A stretch of 63,295 nucleotides of DNA, the filler included, from Asterionella formosa (Eukaryota): the NCBI GenBank assembly GCA_002256025.1. It is 5 parts of 5 records of this genome, joined end to end, with 100 filler letters (N's around TTAATTAATTAA, not from the genome) between each part and the next. Parts side by side here need not be neighbours in the genome. Positions count along the whole stretch, not along the records: positions 50,740 to 63,295 come from NKIB01007426.1; 4 more parts are not named here. One strand, written 5' to 3'. The position numbers were made by a program, and so were the translations under genes. Positions 52,379 through 63,295 of the stretch are shown here, one piece after another. Positions within the stretch are counted from its first letter, which is position 1. The number at the start of each line of letters is the position of its first letter. The notes beneath the pieces were generated by a model. It was not told where the DNA came from. It ran no database searches and was given only the letters and a program-made list of their open reading frames with translations.

Positions 52379-53924
52379 TTCGAACGGACTTGTTGATGGA
52401 AGCAAACCGTTGAAGCAAAATTTATGTCCCACCACGATGGATCAGACACTAATTTAACATGATATACCGGTATCATATACCGGTAATATGAAATAAGAAT
52501 TCCAGTACCGGTAGATATGTGGAAATGAAGAATGGTACGTACCCGGTATGTATGATGGTAGGGTTTAAAAAATAATATCAAGTAAGAGTAACTGTGTAAG
52601 AGCATCGCCACCACATCGACCAAATACCAAGCCAATTGAAGTTGCGGGTCATTACATGTCATGATGCATTGTGTTGGTCGAAAAAGCAAAAATATTTTAG
52701 CCACCCATCAACCAAGACCAAATATGCTTTGGTCTTGGTCGAGGATGACCCCCAAGTATTTGGTCGATTCGACTCAGACCATAGCCAAATAAAAGGAGCA
52801 TTTCTATTGGTTTAGATTGTGGCTCACGCCGGCAACATAACGTCAACTCTTACAATACACATTTACCTTACTCTCTTGATGTAGACAAATAATAAACTTA
52901 GTACAAAAACCTTTGAATAATACTGGCGGCTATCTATAAAATGTTGTCCTTCAAGTCTTTGATGATCCCAATAAGATATCGTCATCCATTGTTGTCAAAG
53001 CAGCAGGATGCTAGATGAGTAGGAGCAGGAGCAGCAGCAGCAGCAGCCAATGAGGATGATTCATCATCGGTTTCAGAAAAGACCAAAGTTGGATTATTTT
53101 GGCACTGTCAGCAAGAGCAACAATTGATTGTAGCGATGTGCGAGTTTTGTCAGGGCAGCATTGTTCCTTCTTGTGTACCGTGATGTGTCATAGTTGGCAG
53201 ACTGCTGCTGCATGTCCCTGGCTAGTATCGATATCTCATTTTTCCCTTGCCTGCAGATCAACATTATGCTCCAGTTTGCTAATCAATATGTGAAACTATG
53301 CTCTGGGTATATTGTGTAACAGTTTACAGTGTCAATGGTTGATCAATCAGCTGAAGAATGTAAAAAATGTATCAAAGAGACGAGTTGTGCCATTCAACGA
53401 AGGGTTTCACGCCAATAAAAGCAATGTCATTTAATGGAACAAAATGAAGGAGGGATTAGGTGTAATCCAATTGCATCTCAATAATTCAAGTGCTTCCAGT
53501 GATCCACTGTCCCACCTGTCATCCACCACTAATGATTTTGATGTACTAGTAGATGATTCCAAATGAAGGAAAAATAATATAGATTTTTTTGAAGGCCATT
53601 ACCTCCTCAAGGTCAATACTGGACTGACTGAGGACTTGAATTTATTTTTGAGGCAATTAAATTCACGTCAATGCCAATTCAATTGGTGCCAATGACGCCA
53701 ATTGACCAATGACGCCAATTGAATTGGAGTTGCTCTCAAGAAGGTCAATCCTGTCTTGACATCTGACAGCGCTTTCTCTCAATTGTAATGCAACAATTAT
53801 TGATTTACTAGTAATTGAACAAGTTACTATAAACTAATGATTGTTAAACATAAATTTACCATCCTTTTCCATAAGAATCAAGCAAAAATGAAACTAGAGA
53901 TGGAGGGATTCGATTCTTTCCACA

Positions 53925-54725
53925 CTAGGCCTTTGTGTTAATGGCATTCCCAGCTCGTTTTCTGATCGCTACTGAATTTTTCTCTGGAGTGGAACCAGGC
54001 AACAAGTACATATGAAGTCTCAAAGCTCCATTGGTGAGGTGATTGTCCAAACTAGCACCTGAATGAACTGTATCACCCCGCATTAAAAATATGTACTTGA
54101 AAGGAATGCGAAGTAACATCGCATGTTGATTCTCTGCTGCTTTACCTTTTTGATCAAAGTCAAAGTTAAAGTCGAATGACTTGTCTCCATCCCAGACATT
54201 TGTGGAGAACCCACCAGAACCGAGGGACATATCCAATCCCCAAGGAAGTCACATGTCAACATCATTGATTACCAGTTCTGTGTGCTGGTACTAGTCAAAA
54301 TGTGGCTCTTGACGAACCGTTGACAAATTGACATTAGTGTGCAATAATGATGGACAGGTATGTGGCATACCTTTGCTGACATTGGTTGCGTTACCTGCTG
54401 CAAATGGTGGCTGCGTAACAGAACCGGGAATGACCATTGACAACATTTTCGAAAATTGGTTCACATTGCTTGTCATGTGATGCACCCATGTGGGGTCCGA
54501 GATCTTCTTTTTGTCAGTGAATGGGCCATAGGCAACCAACGACATCATTGCCCCGCCTGTCATCGTCTGCCTGAAGCATTTGGCAAGGATCCTTTGTCCG
54601 GAAAGAGGCCCTAATAAGCGACCAAGTCGCCTGATCTGTACCGACTTCACCCATAATCTGTTGTTGGCCGATGTCCAGGAAAGGACAGTTTTTGGTCGAA
54701 AGAAGGTGTCTGGCAGAAAGGACAA
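53925..54725 (-). pseudogene. Degraded 2OG/phytanoyl-CoA dioxygenase-like ORF
   Basis: QEPHFD (HxD) is immediately followed by a stop; RGDTVHSG and LRLHMYL lie downstream. Confidence 0.5.
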
Positions 54726-55939
54726 ATCAACAAAAATACCTTTTCAGGGCGGGGTGGAACACCAGAAATCTGGAGCATTGTATCATCTTCCATGATATAA
54801 GACACAGCTTTCATGGCTTCAGCAATTTTTCAAGAAAGAAGCGGCGATCATCAATGCGGCGACATTTGAAGGAGGGCCAGGAATCGTCTTTGAAGAACTT
54901 CATAGCTGCTTCACGTTAGAGAGTTGCAATGACAAGTACATGCCATCCCACCTTCTTTCCGCCCTTTTTTTGGATCACTGATAATGACATGATTTTCTCC
55001 AATCTTTCCCACATGATGGGAAGTAGTTTAGCCACATTCTTGTTGGCTCCGAGGTGACCTCGTAGTAGGAAAAAGTGAAGTAACTTACATTCCGAGTTCT
55101 CCTTATTTTTATCTAGCAACACTCCAAGCAAGTTTCCACTTCATGACAAAACGATTGGCGTTTTTACGAAGTGGGACTGAAACAATTGAGATGTCTTTCC
55201 CAAGTCGGGTGGCAGTTAAGCTTTTCGAGACGACTATTGTCGGTTTTTGGTAAAAAATGTTGTATGAATATGTTGTCATGGAATACCACATCACTATTAC
55301 CGGCGGTTCTGCACCACTGGCCACACTTGTATACACGAATAAATAGGCAATTGCATTCTTCAAAATTGCGACATAAAACAATCGTAAAATTTTTAATGTG
55401 GCCATAAACAGTCGTTACAAGGAACACACATACCAGTATACCCTGGTACCAGCAGGAGGTACCAGTAATATTATATGTATATGATAACGTAAGTAACAGG
55501 ACAATAGGTATTTAATTATCTGAGTGCGGCTAGAGTTAGATATTCTTTATCGGGGTGAGTAGAATGTATTGAAAAATACATTACCTACCAATATAATATA
55601 ATGTTTTGATAATATTATTTATTGACTACAAACAAAGAGGTATTCAATTCCATAGTAGTAGTACTAATAATTGTTATTACTATTCTGCTTGTCTGGTTGC
55701 GGCTAATGCGCAATCGCTTACTTCTGTACACTCAAGTTGTGCGGCATACAGACGATCACGAAAATAATCGAGAAGAATGGGCGACTTGTGATTAAGACCA
55801 TGAGCAACGAACTGTGCGGCAATCTGAGAATCAATCTAGATCTTAGTAATCCAGACCTCATCCTCCAAAACGGATTTGAAGTATTCAGCCAGGTAAAGGA
55901 GAAGTATTGTCCCAAGGAGCGATTTTCTTGATTTCAGAA

Positions 55940-58900
55940 CGTCTGCAAATAAAAATTATGATCATCTGATCATAATTTTTCGTTATATCATCTAATTATT
56001 TTGATAAATGCCCTCGTAATTTAAATAGTAACTCTTTTGACTATGGAAAATTAATTATTATATGTATTGTTTCTTTTAGGTTCCTTTATTTAAATTTCTT
56101 GGTAGGATAATGTACCAGTTAAAGTTATGTGGTTTGCCTCATCATCCTCGCCAGTCCTCACTCTGATTCTTGCAACAAGCAACGACAAAGCAGCCATGTC
56201 GAGAGGAACAAGTGTTTGTGATAAAATCTTCATTTGTCGTTCAAGTCATCATATGTCTTCAATGAATCATCATCTACATTGCACAGTATGTTCGTATGCA
56301 ATCCATTAAGAGCTTGAAAAGAAATCCAATGAAAACAAAATGGCTCATCACACAAGACGAATATTTCCGGCCGGTCTGTCACTGGAGCATCGATCATTGT
56401 TACAACCTCAACATAGCTAAACAACATCCATTATAGAACAGCACAATCTACTTCTATGTAACATCGTCTCTCTAACTAGAACATAATCCATTTAGAATTG
56501 AAACGTAGCATAGCAGACGATATGCACAAAGAAGCATGAGACTGTCCATTTATAGTAACAGAGTGATTCTGGTTTCGTAATATTTTTCATGTCTCATCAG
56601 ATTTCCTTTGTCATCATATGCACTAGTCCCTTACCTTTGACGACAGGAGCGTCTTCTTTTATGTATCTGGAATGGTTCAATGGATGGCAGCAGTTGGATT
56701 TAGACACAAACCTCCTCGACAAAAGCACTACTTTGTAGATGTTCATAAAAGCCAGACACTTTGGCCTATCGACCACCAGCCAGTCTATACTGCAAAAATC
56801 CAAGAAGCACAAGTTGAATGCCCATTTATGGATTCAAGTTTCAGTAGTGAAAAAATGTAAAATATTAGAAACCTGAAGTCACATTTCATCTAATTATGGT
56901 TTTCATTAGCTATACTAGTATTGATTGAGAGGAATCAATGGAAGAATGGCTACCAAACCGGCGGGGACAAACACAGAGAAGCCTACTACTTTTTCTTCCC
57001 AATGATCCCAGACTCTTCTTGGATGTCACTTGCTACAGAAAATGGAGAACAGCCGCCATGCTGAGCTGTTGATTGTTGCTGTATGGTGCCACTGAGGACC
57101 AAAACCTCCAGAAATCTCAATGAGTTGACCTTGCTTGTTTCTTGACTTGAATGCAAAAGGGATCAAACCAGTGGAAAAATCAAAAGGGAACTAAAAATTC
57201 TTTGCAAACATCCTCAGGACAATTGTGAAAGAGAAATGAAGGTTCTTGGGAGGAGAAGTAAAGGGATTTTGCTGCTTGTCTTGCGGGAACAAGAATGGAT
57301 TGACCCAAACAATGTTGACAAATAGGTACCTACCGGAAAAGGAAGCAATGCTTTCGGCATCATCAATCTATACACAAGCCTGCGCTACTAGCTGACTTCG
57401 TCAATATAGCTACCTCGACTTCATCAATGAAGAAGTCGATGGGTGGAGCATGTGAGCTAAATCGGGGTTCAGGTTGTTTTCTCGACGCCAATGTGCTTGG
57501 CTGAACTCCTTGCAGATAAAGGCGGCATTGAGTAAACTGGGCCTGTGCAGCCAAAGGATAAAGAAAAATCTATGGCAAGGGTGGTGAGATAGCATTTAGG
57601 AGGGGGGAGCAAAAGTTATCATAGCTGAACGCATTCGAAAATTCGTACACACAATAAATGGTGGCATACCATGGCTGCTCTTGGCTGACAGTTGCCAAGT
57701 CAATGTAAAAACACAACAGATACATAGTTTTGAGACTTACCATTCTGCAATGGGGTGGACTTTGATCATTGCTTCGTTCGAAGCACAATCAATTCGAATC
57801 CTGTCCAGTGAAACAGCCGATGAAAACAATTGTGTCAAAAAAGCGCAGAACAGATCAAGAGATTTCATAGGAATTAACAGGGCATATATGATGCACTGCT
57901 CCTTTTGTAGATTATATTTGATCATTTCCATATTTCATATCATACAGGTGCATGGATCATGATTCCTCCCGCCCTTTCATTAGATATGCAGCCATGTTGC
58001 GATAATTCTACAAGACCTATGGGATTGGTAGTCTGGTGGTCATCACTCCCGCATTGTATATACCAGTAGGAGGAGGAGTCATGTATGCATGCATGCTGCG
58101 ATAATTCATACAAGACATGAAAATTTGGTAGCTTGAGAGTTATCACTTCTGTACTGTATACAGGGGGAGGAAGGGGTTGCATGCATGAGCAACTACTCCG
58201 GTATAAGGTATGATCTTTAATCAATGATTCTTGATTCGTTTATCCTATAACTTTGATCATAACATATTGATCATATGATAAACAGTGTTGCTGATGAGAA
58301 AATGAAAGATCAAAATCTATTTTCAGGAATCAGGATTAATTGATCTTAGAAATATGATCAAATGGTCCTAAACACATGAGCATATTCAGTTTTCCGCTGC
58401 ACTATTGTGGTATTTCCATGATAGAAGTAATTCCCAGCAAGTATACAGTACTACCGGTAGGCCATGTGAATTTTGGTCAATATGTCTATGTACATAAATT
58501 TATGATTTCGACCATTTGAAGAATTGGTGATGCCTCCTGTTTATTAAGGGGCTTAATTAAATCAGCCACTGACTTGTCGGTACAAGAATTGACAGAAAAC
58601 AAATTGAAAAAACTCAACAGGTCGTGGAAAACTATGAACTCATCATGCATTGTATATATTTGAATTATGTATAATCAAAATTGATATTAGTATACATAGG
58701 ATGTGCCGTATAATGAGCGTGTTTAAAACTATCCAAATGTTCAACTATATATACATTTAAACTTCTTACAAATCTTTATATATATTTGTTCATGGCTGAA
58801 ACATTTGAAATCATGTTTTCATGTGGTTCCTTGTCAGGCATGCACTTTGCTCCTGAAATGAAGGATCATCACACATGATGACACGGAAAACGAAATTGAT

Positions 58901-60144
58901 AATACAGCACAATGATACTTGCGGCTTAGAAGAGAAGGGCGGAATCAATTGATGGTAAGTCAAGGGAAAATGCCTTTCATGTTCCTTGTCATGCATCCAC
59001 TTCCTGAAATGAAGGATCTCAAGCAACACATGATGCGAAAAACTGAAGTGACAATACAGCATGATGATACACCATGCGGCTAAGAATGAGTTAATATGAT
59101 GGAGAAGAGCGGAATCAACAAGCTGTGCAAAGCATCACGGTTTGTCAAGAACAAGCAAATGCCAGGATGATCAATTGCTGGGATTAAAAACACGGAATGA
59201 CTGGTCCCCTTTCAGTGATTCAATAGCTCTTTTTCGATTTGGTGGCTGGCCAACCATCAATGTGGACAAAAGAAATCTGTAAGTGCTATCATCGATCATT
59301 GGATCAATCCACAACTGTTAGAAAAACTGCCACATGGCTGTGTGTTGCTTCTTTCAGAATAATGGTAGACAAACAGTATTTGTAAGTTACAAACAGCAGT
59401 GTTGGAGCCCATTTATTGATCGATACTTTCTCATTCAATTTTCAACTGACACATTCTTTTACAGAAGTATGCATCAGTTACTTCCTCAATTTGTGGTAAG
59501 TGAAGATAGAAGCGAAATGCATGTTGTTGTGTCAGCAAAACATGAACAGCTAAAAATCATGAATTGATTCTCTTTGTTTGTATGGCTGATTGGAACAACA
59601 AAACAGATTCAATAGTAATGGGAAATTGCGTGAATGCAAAATCAGATCCGTCAGGAGTAAATGGAACAACGCAGGCCAACAACGGCAAGGCAACCAGTAC
59701 AACAACCTTCAGAATTGGATTGGGGGGAAGGTGGAAGTGAAAGCTGAAGCACCAATCATTGCGATGAGAGCATTGCAGAACATTCTGTAGCCACTCAAGA
59801 TATAGAAACATAAAACCATTCTTAAATATATTTCAAAATTTCGATCAATTTCATCCTATTTTAGACAGTGATATCGATGAGAATTATGATCATGCTAAGA
59901 TAGATGTATGACAAAAGTATACACATCATAAGATCATGTTCAACTAATTATATGATGCAATGGTATTATAACTATGATAGTATCATCATACTTCAAGCTC
60001 GGTAAAAGTTTACTGCATGATCATAATTATATGATGCATTGATCATATTTCAGATCGAAAAACTATCATATATGTAAAAATCCTGTGCCACTTAGCGTAC
60101 GATACCCTTGATCCTATATTCATGATAGTTTTTATTTACAGACG
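55940..60144 (+). mobile_element. Two-ended (4205 bp) decayed IS630/Tc1-like DNA transposon
   Basis: Termini CGTCTGCAAATAAAAA and TTTTTATTTACAGACG, with AA on both flanks. Transposase remnants WMAAVGFRHK...KHYFVDVH, VLREQEWIDP and TP.CLAEL...GIE. Confidence 0.85.
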
Positions 60145-63100
60145 AAGGCTTCCGGGCATGGTCGAGAACTGATTTATTGGAGACCCTGTTGTACTACACA
60201 TTGACCAACGCTTTGGCCTTTCGTGTAGCATACAAACTGGTCAATTTCGCCAACATAATTAACCTTCAATACGGAGACGAAACTAGATCACTTGTCTCCA
60301 GAGGAAGGTCTTCATCTTCGTTTTGATCAGACAACAGGCAGGTTGGGGGTTCGGGAGGCACTCATGATTATCATGTACTCTACTACCGGTATACAACAGT
60401 AGTTTTGTACATGATAAACTGTTGCATTACGTACCATGTAAACATTGATGTCACATTTATGACTATATTTAACACCCTACTCAAGATTCCATAGAACTAT
60501 GAACCACGACAATTGGTGTGCGCATGAAACTCACTACAACATTTTGACGTAGAGGAATTTGTTGTATCTTGAAATGTTGTAGTAGCTACCCTCTCCTAGA
60601 ATACTGTCACTCAAGTTTTCTCATCTATTTCTACAAAACATAGAAAGCCTTATATAGTCAAAGTTATCAAGTTAATCACAGCGGACTCAACACTGTCTCA
60701 TTTTTGGTCATATCTTCAAAACTAAGCAAATGACGACCAAAAACAACATCCAGCGCCAATTTTAACTTTTTGTTGTTGTCAATACTAGTGCAAAAAATTT
60801 TATTATTCAACGATAATCTCGTCTAGCTATGTTAGTCTACATACACTTGCGAAACAGGAATTGTTCATTGTCAATATTCGTGAAGATATTCAACTCCATA
60901 ATTTCGTCATGGTCAAGATGGAATTGCTGTCTCATCGACCCCATACCACAGGCACCTGTACAAACACACATGCAAGTACTGGTAGTACCCAGTAGTATGT
61001 GTATGCCAATCATATATAATATGTAATGCTCTTTATACGGAATGCATGTACAAAGTATATACAAGGTTTGTTGTATGTATGATGTGTTACATGTCGAAAA
61101 CTTAAGTACATCTGATACATTATGCATCCCGATTTCTTGACAAAAATGTACAGTAGTACAAATTTATTTTTAGTTTTCGATTTTTAATATACTAAGTAAA
61201 AAGAGTCATTGAAAATTTAGTTAGGAAAATTTTCCATCATTGATAGAAATTAATATTGATTAGCTGCAAATTTTGTCAAAAAAGTAATCCCGAGTTCCCC
61301 CGACTAGCTCATTATGCATTTTCGGACACTTTTATACAAAAAATGTAATGGACCCCCCTCCATGAAAGCCTGCAGAGCCAGTGGTCATGGCCTCCTGTTG
61401 GTCCATGTCCATTCGCCGGAAATGAGCTTTGAACGCTACAAATGTACATTCTGGGGCAGGTGAAAAGGAAAATGACAAGGACTAGTAGGGTAATGGAGGG
61501 GTGGGTCAAAGCAAAAGTTAGCAAGTCTTGCTTACGTTGCTTTATTCTCTCCAAACTCAAAATGTTTCTCCTTTTCCTGCCAAAATGATGAAAACATGAA
61601 CGGTTCTATATCAATTAGCTAGATTTTCAGCATCGTCATGTGTAACAACTACCGGTAGTGGTAGTACCCAATATAACTATTATACCATACCACCGTTCGC
61701 ATGCTGGTGGTAGATGTACAATGACTACAAAGACGACTAAAACAATAACATGTTTAATTAAAGCAAAAGATAGTATGAAACAAGTTATTTAGTAGCTAAG
61801 ATTTGATTGCTTGTATAGACGCCACAAAATGGAGTCATTGTGAGATGGGAATGATGGAAGCGTGATGGTGATGAGAATTCAAAATCGTTTGCTTCTTACC
61901 AGTAAGTACCCTGGTGCCGGAATTCTATTGTCTTCATTATACTACTACTGGTACGCACCGTATATGCACTCCTAGTTGACAGTCAATCATACAGGAGTAC
62001 CGGTACCAGTATACTGGTAGCTAGCTACTACATAACATCAGGACCGGTATACAGTACTATCGTACAGTATTATCTTCATTATAGTCAACAGCTGATAAAG
62101 TGTACATCATATAGTATATAGTATACATGCATACATATCATTCGTACGTACCTACTGTAAATACATACCGGTACTATATTGGGTTGTTGCTATGATGATG
62201 CTGGTGGCAGTTACGAATTTCCAATCGCAACGGCTTTGAAAACCGTTGCTTACTAAGATAGGTTGCTTTCATCACTTCGGCCAGAAAAGGAGAACGATTT
62301 TGAGTTTGGAGTGAGAGAATAAAGTAATGTAAGCAAGACTTGCTTACTTCTGCTTTGGGTTGCCTGCCCCTATTGCACCCTGGTCATTGTTGTGTTTTCT
62401 TGATGTTTCCCTGTTTTGAAGAATAATATGAGCATAAAACCTAGTACATCACTAAGTGGTGTTCACCATGCATACAGACGATTGTAAAGAGTGAATTGAT
62501 GATGTTTTCTATGTAAATAAGCGCCTGTCCTACTTCACATTGTTATCAATTTCAGCAAAATGACCACAACTTGCAGGTACATGGTAATACCGATATGTAT
62601 CATGTATCATAGTGTTAAAAGGTCATGTACTCCTTCCTGTCTGACAGGTATCCTCTTACCACATATGTCTTACCTGTTCTACTACTATAACTGCCTCAAT
62701 GCTGCAGGCCTTCGCGCTAGTTTTCGCTATTGACCATACTCTGTCAATTTTCACTGTTTCTTAATTATAAGCTTAAACTAAAACTAAGTTCCAAACCCAT
62801 TCATCACACTTTAAGAACCTGCTCTTTGTGTTCCCTTTTCGTTGATGTAAACCTTCTTCTGAGTGATCTTAAACATCATTCTCATTAGCAAGCTTCTTGA
62901 CATTGGAACACACCATTTGACTCATTGGACTGTAGTCGAGTCCACAGTCACCCATTATAGGAGCCATTGATGATATATTCTTGACATCGTACATAGCAGC
63001 ACCGATTTTTTCAATCCGATTCACCGGAGGTACCTGGTGTTGAGGGGAACCTTATCGTGAATAAAGGTGAACTACAATATTATGACTATTCTATTGCTGT

Positions 63101-63295
63101 TCCAAGTACATCGTTGTTAGCACTCACGCATGTACCTAATCTGGTGGCTGCGCCGGTATGGTTCGTACGGCGCATGTATGGAGCATCATATGCAGATATT
63201 AACACACCCTCACCAACAGATGCAGGCAGAAGAACAGGAGCGGGGGTGGAGATGATATCAGCATCGGAAGCCAAGCACGCATAATAGTTAGGAGG

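Noticed and set aside
55880..60325. Open frame restored across the element's flanks after removing one AA
   Set aside because: Only about 70 codons with no recognisable product; could be chance.
63057..63284. 75-aa ORF at the window end
   Set aside because: GTG start, no motif and no context.

Overview
Eukaryotic nuclear DNA, most likely a diatom draft assembly. This is inferred from short GT-AG introns, CoDi-like copia elements and diatom-type HMG and LRR proteins; the N-gaps carry an artificial TTAATTAATTAA linker. The first ~10.6 kb is gene-rich: a 5-exon amidophosphoribosyltransferase (purF), a 2OG-Fe(II) oxygenase/SAM-methyltransferase fusion, TRM13 and an HMG-box factor. The remaining ~52 kb is mostly transposon debris with islands of genes and pseudogenes: a Trp-repeat/jacalin protein, a secreted Pro/Thr-repeat protein, LRR and LRR-ARM genes, TOM7 and a Cys-rich two-exon gene. 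Mobile DNA includes at least six pieces of one IS630/Tc1-like family with CGTCTGCAAATAAAAA termini that do not sit in TA sites, and a TTAA-flanked Kolobok-like non-autonomous element with a conserved internal hairpin. There are also Harbinger, pogo and copia remnants, a possible Crypton-like ORF and three copies of a tRNA-derived repeat. Family assignments come from motif recognition only; no searches were run.
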